DNA from: Eledone cirrhosa
Lineage: Eukaryota
DNA: 64,000 nucleotides
Reading direction: 5' to 3'
NCBI GenBank assembly: GCA_964016885.1
Contig: OZ024741.1
Location: forward strand, 7,378,001-7,442,000
A program made the position numbers and the translations under genes. The notes under the pieces are model-generated. The model did no database searches and was not told the origin of the DNA. It worked only from the letters and a program-made list of their open reading frames with translations. This document shows positions 49,152 to 61,400 of the stretch, one piece after another. Positions within the stretch are counted from its first letter, which is position 1. Each line of letters opens with the position of its first letter.

Positions 49152-49990
49152 AAAACCAGGGCCTCGTCTTTCCGGAAACACATAGACAAATGCGGAAACA
49201 AAGACGGAAGGCCCATTGTCACAATTCTAGCGACTGAAAGAAACGTCGGCACGTTAGGTATCAAGGAAGCGCTTTTTATCAAACGACTGCAACCGCAAAT
49301 AAACAACCGATCAGAGAGAAGCGAAATGAGATGGCTGGTTTAAGTTAACAAGCGATGCAACAACACACAACACACGCACACACACACACACACGCAAACG
49401 AGACAACTACACACACACACGCACGCACACACAGTAGCATTCCACCATACGAACATACTACACTGCCAATACAGAGGAACAAGGCAATAACACACGCACA
49501 CACACACTCAAGCGAGACAACAACACACGCACACACACACACACAGTAACATTTAACAAACAGGCAGAGAATGGACTGACAGCTAGCGCCATCCCACTCC
49601 CTCATTCGGCCGCTGACCTCTGTACGACCGACCCCATTTCACGCGCACGCGCGCTCTGCCGAATACCTCAGATATTCAAAACAACAAACAGCGAAGGACG
49701 CATTCCGGACCTGTCCGACAGACAACCTTTTCCCCCACCCCGGAAAAAACCCCAGTTGATGGATGTGAATCCGAAATATATAGGGACTATTAAATCTCTC
49801 CCAAGGTAACTCTCTCTTGTGTTGTTATTTTTATTCTATCCTTTATACTCTTCCCTTCATTCTTCTACACGTCTTATACACACCACACATCTCAACGTAC
49901 ACCCACTTACATCTCTCTCTCCACCACCGGATATTGTTACCCGGAGATTTACCCATTTGCATTGTCGAGGCTTCCAAACGACTTAAAGAT
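49152..49990 (+). mobile_element. 5'-truncated Penelope-like element: GIY-YIG endonuclease C-terminus, CA-rich 3' region, degenerate hammerhead
   Basis: 49152-49343 translates KTRASSFRKHIDKC...VTILATERNVGTLGIKEALFIKRLQPQINNRSE...*, matching the IL...L.IKEAL.I....P..N pattern of PLE endonucleases. Confidence 0.75.
49750..49785 (+). ncRNA. Degenerate minimal hammerhead ribozyme
   Basis: CCC-CAGTTGA (CTGATGA with 2 changes)-T-GGAT GTGA ATCC-GAAA-TATA-TA-GGG. Confidence 0.55.
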
Positions 49991-50015
49991 ATTTACATAT
50001 ATATATATATATATA

Positions 50016-50094
50016 CAGGGTTTCTCCAAAAGATTTATACACATATTTATTAGAGTGCTGTTGAAGTGTGTATACATTTTTGGGGGGCACCCTG
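50016..50094. mobile_element. 79-bp Tc1/mariner-type MITE (solo TIR at 50250-50277)
   Basis: TA|CAGGGT...TATACACA ... TGTGTATA...ACCCTG|TA; ~28-bp imperfect TIRs. Confidence 0.75.
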
Positions 50095-50344
50095 TATGTA
50101 TGTATATATGTATGTATATATGTATTTATGTATGTATGCATATATGTATATATGTATATATGTATGTATATATGTATATACGTATGTATATATATATACA
50201 TACACATGTATGTATATACAGTATATATATGTGTGTATATATATATATACAAGGTATCACCAAAAAATGTATACACATATGTATGTATATATGTATGTAT
50301 ATATGTATTTATGTATGTATGCAAATATGTATGTATGTATGTCA

Positions 50345-51048
50345 GGTCACCAGTTGGTACTACTGGTAACATGTATCCCAGTACAACCTGTCTCATGGTC
50401 GGGTCGTTGGCGACTAAACTGGCAACCCCACCAAGGTTTCTTGGTGAGGAGGGTGACTTTGGACATCCTGCAGGACTAAAAACAAAACCTGTCAAAGGGC
50501 AAAGGAGCTCTTAAGAGTCAATGGCCATCCAAAATCACCGGGAGAGATGACCCCTTAGCCTTTGTCAAGGCAGAATTCTAAGGAAAACTCTGATATAACA
50601 CCTGCAACCCTGATGGTATCCAATGATGTTGACTTGTTCTTCTTTTTGGTAAATATAATCTTGGTTAAGAGAGTGGGACTGGCTTTGCTCACTATAAAAC
50701 GTTCACGGCACAGGCATTGCTTTATATCTGGAGATCTCTCTGCACTTGTCGTCACATGGTACCATGGGCCCAGCACTATGTGTCAATAATTGTCACAAGT
50801 GTAGTGTTTGTACCAGAGTTTTCAAGTCGCTTGCTGGACTAAAAAGTCACACTCGTTCAGCGCATCAGTAGGGGTTCTCCTACATGGATATAAAGTAGTG
50901 GCCGTACTCGAAAACGAGTTGGCAGCCACCATGTATATATATATTATATGTATGTATATATATCAAAGGGCAAAGGAGCACTTAGAGTCAATGGTCATCC
51001 AAAATCACCGGGAGAGATGACCCCCTCGAAAACGAGTTGGCAGCCACC
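50345..51048 (+). mobile_element. Second copy of the 28319-28850 repeat (50345-50930) plus an internally deleted sub-copy (50963-51048)
   Basis: Sequence homology; both end GGCAGCCACC followed by ATGTAT. Confidence 0.8.
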
Positions 51049-51125
51049 ATGTATATATGTATATATGTATATATGTATATATGTATGTATACACATGTAT
51101 GTATACACATGTATGTATATATATA

Positions 51126-51165
<40 letters not shown>

Positions 51166-51166
<1 letters not shown>

Positions 51167-52503
51167 CGAAGGAAATGGGGGTAAGGAACCAGATGGACCA
51201 TAACACACCAGAGTACTCAATACTTAGGGTAGTAGAGTGGGTAATAGGAAAATGAATGACCCCGACGGCAGAGCTCAAGCCGTTTCGACGGAAATAGCCG
51301 ACGAAACCGCTTGAGCTCTGCAGTCGGGTGATACATTTTCCTATATATATATATGTATATACTAGCAGAGGTACACGGCGTTGCTCGGGTATTAAATAGC
51401 AGTTGTGTATACCATTTATGTCAATACGTCAGTGCTGCTTCGAAAACTATACTTTTACAAAATTATCGTCTTTTTCCAAAAGGGGGTTCCTGCTTCCAAA
51501 GGTCCCCTACTCAATATGTGCCAATTCTGAGAGTTCACATTCATCTGTTGGACAAACGTAGCCCATCTGTCAAGTTTTGTGAAAATCGGTTGCGAACTCC
51601 AGAAGTTATGACGTTCTGTTGCATTGCACTGCAGTGCTTCAGTCGACTCCAAGGAAGTGGTTGAAGGGGGTTATCTGCCGGGGGGCCCTATAATCAATAT
51701 CTGGAAAAATGAAAGTGCCCATGACCATCCAGAGTACATAAGTAACCTATGTCTTAAGTTTGGTGAAAATACTGTAGAAATGTATAAGGTTTATACATAC
51801 GTGTGCGTGCGTGCGCGTGTGTGTGTGTGTGGGGGGGGGGTATGTATTTGTGTGCGCGTATGTATGTGTATGTCCGTCGGGGCATACGTATGTACTGGCC
51901 TAAATCTTCACTATTTACTTTTACTATTTTAATAACCTCTGTCATTTTCGTTTTCAATTTTATTTACATCATTCTTGAACTCCGGGGCTGGAAATCATTC
52001 GGTTATTTTAAATAGAATATTAGTCTAACGACTCCATTTATACTATAAACTTGGTCTTGTCTTTGCATGAAATTGTTCTTCACGCTCCACATAACAACGT
52101 ATTATCCTCGCTTTTCCGTTCATTGCCAGGGAATGTTTTCACGAACCAAAATATCGTCTTCCTGTTTTCCGTCGGTTGCAACGTTTTTCGAAATATTTAC
52201 TTCTGCGTTCACAGATTACTCTCAGTTCAATTTGAATGGGAAATTCCTGTTTCATAGATTTTCTCCGTAATCATGGAAGCGTGTAGCTTGAAAGTCGACC
52301 CAACGCCTCCTCGGGTCATTCTGCATTTCGCTGCATTCCACCGAGCCGTTTCGACGGTTAATTCTGGACAAGAATTAGCCGTCGAAACGGCTTGAGCTCA
52401 GCCCTCGGGGTCCTACTCGTTCCTATTACCCACTCTACTACCCTAAGTATTGAGTACTTTGGTGCGTTATGGTCCACCTGGTTCCTTACCACATTTCCTT
52501 CGT
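51166..52503. mobile_element. TA-flanked foldback/MITE-like DNA transposon with ~130-bp TIRs
   Basis: TA|ACGAAGGAAATG...CCGTTTCGACGG (51166-51291) is the imperfect reverse complement of CCGTCGAAACGG...CATTTCCTTCGT|TA (52379-52503). Confidence 0.8.
51361..51800 (+). mobile_element. Nested non-autonomous Helitron/Helentron-like (HINE-like) element
   Basis: Starts ACTAGCAG...CGGCGTTGCTCGGG; distal AAGTTTGGTGAAAAT motif and microsatellite; family assignment by motif recollection only. Confidence 0.45.
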
Positions 52504-52513
52504 TATATATATA

Positions 52514-52733
52514 TGTCTGGTGGATGTCTTCAAGAAACATCTCGACACATTGTTATCCAGGATCCCGGATGAGCCCACAGCAAGACACGAGGGAAACCTA
52601 AGGGCAGCAGCAACAAACTCCCTCTTACACCAGTGGCCAACCTATACAGGCTGGAGATAAAATGTGTAGCAACAAGGGCGGTGCCCCAGCATGGCCTCAG
52701 CGGGATGGCTGAAACAGGTAAAAGAGTAAAAGA

Positions 52734-52735
<2 letters not shown>
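52514..52735 (+). pseudogene. 3' end of CR1/L2-type LINE (ORF C-terminus, 3'UTR, TAAAAGAG tail repeat)
   Basis: CLVDVFKKHLDTLLSRIPDEP...NSLLHQ...* (stop 52660), then GGCGGTGCCCCAGCATGGCC...GGCTGAAAC and (TAAAAGAG)2. Confidence 0.78.
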
Positions 52736-52798
<63 letters not shown>

Positions 52799-52944
52799 TT
52801 TTGAGTTTATGTTGGTTGCATACCAACACCTCAGTATGCAGGTTGGAGCACTCGACGAAGTGCGCAGGTTGGTTTGGTTACTCCGGAGTAGTGTAAAATA
52901 AAGTTAAATAAAAGTCAAATGATTAAAATTTAGCTTCGTTTATT

Positions 52945-52999
52945 ACTGCTATATATATTTCAGTGACACCCATCTTTGGCTGTGACCTCTTCAGGCAGT
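52945..52999 (-). ncRNA. Type I hammerhead ribozyme with intact core (Penelope/retrozyme-type)
   Basis: Minus strand ACTGC-CTGAAGA-GGTCACAGCCAAAGATGGGTGTCACT-GAAA-TATATA-TA-GCAGT, immediately followed by AATAAA. Confidence 0.8.
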
Positions 53000-53095
53000 T
53001 TGAATTAGTATGGTATAGACAAGTACATATGTTGTTTAGGTGTATAATATTGTCAATACTCTGATATGCCCAGTTCCTTGTTGGGTTGTTATTTC

Positions 53096-53837
53096 ACTGT
53101 TGAAGAGTTGAGGGCCCTTGAAACCCAGGCTATTGCAATACCTGCTCCTTATTCTAGATGTGGAAGACGGGACCTTTGGCACCACACAGTGACGTCCTGT
53201 TCGACGGTTGGTCCAGCTCCCAATGCTAAAGTTTGGTGCTACTCCCTCCAGGATTTTCCACATGTAGATCACTGCGTATCTCTCCCGTCTTCGTTCCAAG
53301 GAGTAGAGGTTCAGTTCCTTCAGCCTCTCCCAGTAGCTTGTCTCCCTCATCTTGGCAATCCTCTTGGTGTAGCTTCGCTGGATTGTCTCAAGCTCCGTGG
53401 TTAGTTTGAGACTATGGGGTGACCACAACTGGGAGCAGTAGTCCAGGCGGCTTAGGACAAATGTCCTCCATAGTGTCAACATGGTGTCTCGATCTCTTGT
53501 CCGGAAAGTCCTCAAGATCCAGCCAGCGAGTCGTCTGCACATTGTCGCCACTTTCAAGATGTGTGAGGTAAAAGATGCATCATCGCTCATGTCTATGCCC
53601 AGGTCTCGTATCGATTTTGACACGGGGATATCGGTCCCTCCTGGTCCTGTGTAGTTGTGTTGTACTATATTTGTGTTTGCAGGTTTGTTTGGAGGTTTGT
53701 TTTGTAGGGCTTGGAATTTGCCAGCATTAAACTGCATGTTGTTTTCTTCTGCCCATTTGTATATGGCATCCAGATCCTGCTGTAAAAGAGGAGCGTCAGC
53801 CGGGTTTATGATTGTCTGTGCTATCTTAGTGTCATCA

Positions 53838-53838
<1 letters not shown>
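53096..53838 (-). pseudogene. CR1/L2-type LINE reverse transcriptase fragment (from the xADD motif to GPQLFN)
   Basis: DDTKI...[23 protein letters not shown]...RDLGI...[12 protein letters not shown]...[18 protein letters not shown]. Confidence 0.9.
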
Positions 53839-54406
<568 letters not shown>

Positions 54407-54534
54407 GTGTGTTATCCGTTAATCTTTATTGTTCTACTCTCCCGCCCCGATATATCTGGGCTGTTCCTGTATTTATAGAACAAACATTAACGCCGCCATT
54501 ATTTGAACAGACTGACCAGGCAGGTCGATGGCGT

Positions 54535-54652
54535 ACACCACTACCACTACTACTACTACCACTAACTCTACCACTACTACCGCTACCACTACTACTACCA
54601 CTACTACTATTACTACCACTATTACTACCACTACCACTACTACTAGCACTAG

Positions 54653-54703
<51 letters not shown>

Positions 54704-55480
54704 CACGACCACTACTACCACTACTACCACTACTACTACAACTACTACTACTACTTCCACTTCCACTACTGCCACTTCCACTACTACCACCGCTACTACA
54801 AATACTACCACTACAATTTCTACCATTACTACCACCACTATCACTACTACCAGCACTACCACTATTACCACCACAACTAACACAACCACCACCACTACCG
54901 CCAACACTACCATCACCACTACCACCACCACTACCACAAACAGAAATACCACCACTACCACCAACACCAACAGTACCACCACCACAACCACTACACCCAC
55001 CACCACCATTACCATCACCACCATCACCACCACCACCAACACCACCACCACCAATACACCCCCCCACACACAACCACCACCACTACCACTACCCCGACTA
55101 CCCTCAACACTACTACCATCATCACTATCACCACAAACACCACCACCACCACTACCAACACCACCACCTCCACCACCACCATCACCACCACCACCGCTAC
55201 CACCACCACCACCACCACCACCACCACTACCACCACAACCACCACCACCACAACCACCACCACCACCACCACAACCACCACCACCACCACCACCGCCGCC
55301 ACTACCACCCCCACTACCACCACCACCACCTCTACGAACACCATCTCTGCCACCACCATTACTACCACCACCACTACCCCCACCACCACCATTACCACCA
55401 CCACCACTACCCCCACCACCACCACTACCACCACCACTACCATCACCACCACCACCACCACCACCACCACCACCACCACC
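54535..55480. repeat. (CTA/CCA)n trinucleotide tract
   Basis: Direct reading. Confidence 0.93.
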
Positions 55481-58400
55481 ACATTGCTTCCCACCCGACT
55501 CCATTTAAGGATGGTCAGGGACACTGCTTCCCTCCCGACTCCATTTAAGGATGGTCGGGGACACTGCTTCCCACCAAACTCCATTTAAGGATGCTCGTGG
55601 ACACTGCTTCCCACCAAACTCCATTTAAGGATGGTCGGGGACTCTGCTTTCCACCCGACTCCATTTAAGGATGGTCGGGTTCACAGCTTTCCACCCGACT
55701 CCATTAAAGTATGGTCGGGGACACTGCTTCCCACCCGACTCCATTTAAGGATGGTCTGGGACACTGCTGCACACCCGACTCCATGTAAGGATGGTCGGGG
55801 ACTCTGCTTCCCACCCGACTCCATTTAAAAATGGTCTGGGACACTGCTGCACACCCGATTCCATTTATGGATGGTCGGGGACATTGCATCCCACCCGACT
55901 CCATTTAAGGATGGTCGGGGACACTGCTTCCCACCCGACTCGTTTACGGATGGTCGGGGACATTGCTTCCCACCGACTCCATTTAAGGATGGTCGGGGAC
56001 ATTGCTTCCCACCCGACTCCATTTAAGGATGGGCTGGGACATTGCTTCCCACCGACTCCATTTAAGGATGGTCGGGGACATTGCTTCCCACCCGACTCCA
56101 TTTAAGGATGGGCTGGGACATTGCTTCCCACCCGACTCCATTTAAGGATGGGCTGGGACATTGCTTCCCACCCGACTCCATTTAAGGATGGGCTGGGACA
56201 TTGCTTCCCACCCGACTCCATTTAAGGATGGGCTGGGACATTGCTTCCCACCCGACTCCATTTAAGGATGGGCTGGGACATTGCTTCCCACCGACTCCAT
56301 TTAAGGATGGTCGGGGACATTGCTTCCCACCGACTCCATTTAAGGATGGGCTGGGACATTGCTTCCCACCCGACTCCATTTAAGGATGGGCTGGGATATT
56401 GCTTCCCACCCGACTCCATTTAAGGATGGTCGGGGACATTGCTTCCCACCCGACTCCATTTAAGGATGGGCTGGGACATTGCTTCCCACCCGACTCCATT
56501 TAAGGATGGTCGGGGACATTGCTTCCCACCCGACTCCATTTAAGGATGGTCGCGGACATTGCTTCCCACCCGACTCCATTTAAGGATGGGCTGGGACATT
56601 GCTTCCCACCTACTCTATTTAAGGATGGGCTGGGACATTGCTTCCCACCCGACTCCATTTAAGGATGGTCGGGGACATTGCTTCCCACCCGACTCCATTT
56701 AAGGATGGTCGCGGACATTGCTTCCCACCCGACTCCATTTAAGGATGGGCTGGGACATTGCTTCCCACCGACTCCATTTAAGGATGGGCTGGGACATTGC
56801 TTCCCACCCGACTCCATTTAAGGATGGTCGGGGACATTGCTTCCCACCCGACTCCATTTAAGGATGGGCTGGGACATTGCTTCCCACCCGACTCCATTTA
56901 AGGATGGTCGGGGACATTGCTTCCCACCCGACTCCATTTAAGGATGGTCGCGGACATTGCTTCCCACCGACTACATTTAAGGATGGTCGGGGACATTGCT
57001 TCCCACCCGTCTCCATTTAAGTATGGTCGGGGATATTGCTTCCCACCCGACTCCATTTAAGGATGGTCCGGGACACAGCTTCCCAACCGACTCCATTAAG
57101 GAAGGTCGGGGGCTTTGCTTTCCACCCGACTCCATTTAAGGATGGTCGGGGACACAGTTTCCCTCCCGATTCCATTTCAGGATGGTCGGGGACTCTGCTT
57201 TCGACCCGACTCCATTTAAGGATGGTCGGGGACACTGCTTCCTGCTCGACTCCAGTTAAGGATGGTCGGGGACTTCTTCCCGCCCGACTCCATTTAAGGA
57301 TGGTCGGGGACATTGCTTCCCACCCGATTCTATTTAAGAATGGTCGGGGACACTGCTTCCCACCCGACTCCATTTAAGGATGGTCGGGGATATTGCTTCC
57401 CACCCGACTCCATTTAAAGATGGTCGGGGACACTGCTTCCCACCCGACTCCATTTAAGGATGGTCGGGGACATTGCTTCCCACCCGACTCCATTTAAGGA
57501 TGGTCGGGGACACTGCTTCCGACCCGACTCCATTTAAGGATGGTCGGGGACACTGCTTCCCACCCGACTCCATTTAAGGATGGTCGGGGACACTGCTTCC
57601 CACTCGACTCCATTTAAGGATGGTCGTGGACATTCCTTCCCACCCGACGCCATTTAAGAGTGGTGGGGGACAATGCTTCTCACCCGACTCTATTTAAGGA
57701 TGATCGCAGACACTGCTTCCCACCCGACTCCATTTAAGAATGGTCGGGGACACTGCTTCCCACCCGACTCCATTTAAGGATGGTCGGGGACATTGCTTCC
57801 CACCCGACTCCATTTAAGGATGGTCGGGGACACTGCTTCCCACCCGACTCAATTTAAGGATAGTCGGGGACACTGCTTCCCGCTCGACTCCATTTAACGA
57901 TTGTCGGGGACACTGCTTCCCGCCCGACTCCATTTAAGGATGCTCGGGGACACTGCTTCCCACCCGACTCCATTTAAGGATGGTCGAGGACATCGCTTCC
58001 CTCCCAACTCCATTTAAAGATGGTCGGGGACTCTGCTTTCCACCCGAATCCATTTAAGGATGGTCGGAGGCACTGCTTCCCACCCGACTCCATTTAAGGA
58101 TGGTCAGGGACACTGCTTCCCACCCGACAACATTTAAGGATGGTCGGGGACTTTGCTTTCCACCCGACTCCATTTAAGGATGGTCGGGTACACTGCTTCC
58201 CACCCGACTCCATTTAAGGATGGTCGGGGACACTGCTTCCCACCGACTCCATTTAAGGATGGTCTGGGACACTGCTGCACACCCGACTCCATTTAAGCAT
58301 GGTCAGGGACATTGCTTCCCACCCGACTTCATTTAAGGATGGTCGGGGACTCTGCTTTCCACCTGACTCCTTTTAAGTATGGTCGTGGACATTCCTTTCC

Positions 58401-61400
58401 ACCCGACTCTATTTAAGGATGCTCGGAGACATTGCTTCCCACCCGACTCCCTTTACCGATGGTAGGGTACATTGCTTCCCACGCGACTCCATTTAAGGAT
58501 GGTTGGGGACATTGCTTCCCACCCGACTCCATTTAAGGATGGTCGGGACATTGATTCCCACCCGACTCCATTTAAGGATGGTCGGGGACATTGCTTCCCA
58601 CCCGTCTCCATTTAAGGATGGTCGGGGACAATGCTTCCCACCCGACTCCATTTAAGAATGGTCGGGGACACTGCTTTCCGTCCGACTCCATTTAATGATG
58701 GTCCGGGACACTGCTTCCCACCCGTCTCCATTTAAGGATGGTCGGGGACAATGCTTCCCACCCGACTCCATTTAAGGATGGTCGGGGACATTGCTTCCCA
58801 CCCGTCTCCATTTAAGGATGGTCGGGGACAATGCTTCCCACCCGACTCCATTTAAGGATGGTCGGGGACACTGCTTCCCACCCGACTCCATTTAAGGATG
58901 GTCGGGGACACTTCTTCCCACCCGACTTCATTTAAGGATGGTCGTGGACAATGCTTCCCACCCGACTCCATTTAAGGATGGTCGGGGACACTGCTTCCCA
59001 CCCGACTCCATTTAAGGATGGTCCGGGACACTGCTTCCCACTCGACTCCATTTAAGGATGGTCGTGGACATTCCTTCCCACCCGACTCTATTTAAGGATG
59101 ATCGCGGACACTGCTTCCCACCCGACTCCATTTAAGGATGGTCGGGGACACAGTTTCCCTCCCGATTCCATTTCAGGATGGTCGGGGACTCTGCTTTCGA
59201 CCCGACTCCATTTAAGGATGGTCGGGGACACTGCTTCCCACTCGACTCCATTTAAGGATGGTCGGGGACACAGTTTCCCTCCCGATTCCATTTCAGGATG
59301 GTCGGGGACTCTGCTTTCGACCCGACTCCATTTAAGGATGGTCGGGGACACTGCTTCCTGCTCGACTCCAGTTAAGGATGGTCGGGGACTTCTTCCCGCC
59401 CGACTCCATTTAAGGATGGTCGGGGACATTGCTTCCCACCCGATTCCATTTAAGAATGGTCGGGGACACTGCTTCCCACCCGACTCCATTTAAGGATGGT
59501 CGGGGACATTGCTTCCCACCCGACTCCATTTAAAGATGGTCGGGGACACTGCTTCCCACCCGACTCCATTTAAGGATGGTCGGGGACATTGCTTCCCACC
59601 CGACTCCATTTAAGGATGGTCGGGGACACTGCTTCCGACCCGACTCCATTTAAGGATGGTCGGGGACACTGCTTCCCACCCGACTCCATTTAAGGATGGT
59701 CGGGGACACTGCTTCCCACTCGACTCCATTTAAGGATGGTCGTGGACATTCCTTCCCACCCGACGCCATTTAAGAGTGGTGGGGGACAATGCTTCTCACC
59801 CGACTCTATTTAAGGATGATCGCAGACACTGCTTCCCACCCGACTCCATTTAAGAATGGTCGGGGACACTGCTTCCCACCCGACTCCATTTAAGGATGGT
59901 CGGGGACATTGCTTCCCACCCGACTCCATTTAAGGATGGTCGGGGACACTGCTTCCCACCCGACTCAATTTAAGGATAGTCGGGGACACTGCTTCCCGCT
60001 CGACTCCATTTAACGATTGTCGGGGACACTGCTTCCCGCCCGACTCCATTTAAGGATGCTCGGGGACACTGCTTCCCACCCGACTCCATTTAAGGATGGT
60101 CGAGGACATCGCTTCCCTCCCAACTCCATTTAAAGATGGTCGGGGACTCTGCTTTCCACCCGAATCCATTTAAGGATGGTCGGAGGCACTGCTTCCCACC
60201 CGACTCCATTTAAGGATGGTCAGGGACACTGCTTCCCACCCGACAACATTTAAGGATGGTCGGGGACTTTGCTTTCCACCCGACTCCATTTAAGGATGGT
60301 CGGGTACACTGCTTCCCACCCGACTCCATTTAAGGATGGTCGGGGACACTGCTTCCCACCGACTCCATTTAAGGATGGTCGGGGACACTGCTTCCCACCC
60401 TACTCCATTTAAGGATGGTCTGGGACACTGCTGCACACCCGACTCCATTTAAGCATGGTCAGGGACATTGCTTCCCACCCGACTTCATTTAAGGATGGTC
60501 GGGGACTCTGCTTTCCAACTGACTCCTTTTAAGTATGGTCGTGGAGATTCCTTTCCACCCGACTCTATTTAAGGATGCTCGGAGACATTGCTTCCCACCC
60601 GACTCCCTTTACCGATGGTAGGGTACATTGCTTCCCACGCGACTCCATTTAAGGATGGTTGGGGACATTGCTTCCCACCCGACTCCATTTAAGGATGGTC
60701 GGGACATTGATTCCCACCCGACTCCATTTAAGGATGGTCGGGGACATTGCTTCCCACCCGTCTCCATTTAAGGATGGTCGGGGACAATGCTTCCCACCCG
60801 ACTCCATTTAAGAATGGTCGGGGACACTGCTTTCCGTCCGACTCCATTTAATGATGGTCCGGGACACTGCTTCCCACCCGTCTCCATTTAAGGATGGTCG
60901 GGGAAAATGCTTCCCACCCGACTCCATTTAAGGATGGTCGGGGACATTGCTTCCCACCCGTCTCCATTTAAGGATGGTCGGGGACAATGCTTCCCACCCG
61001 ACTCCATTTAAGGATGGTCGGGGACACTGCTTCCCACCCGACTCCATTTAAGGATGGTCGGGGACACTTCTTCCCACCCGACTTCATTTAAGGATGGTCG
61101 TGGACAATGCTTCCCACCCGACTCCATTTAAGGATGGTCGGGGACACTGCTTCCCACCCGACTCCATTTAAGGATGGTCCGGGACACTGCTTCCCACTCG
61201 ACTCCATTTAAGGATGGTCGTGGACATTCCTTCCCACCCGACTCTATTTAAGGATGATCGCGGACACTGCTTCCCACCCGACTCCATTTAAGAATGGTCG
61301 GGGATACTGATTCTCACCGACTCCATTTAAGGATGCTCGGGGACACTGCTTCCGTCCAGACTCCATTTAAAGATGGTCGGGGACTCTGCATTCCACCCGA

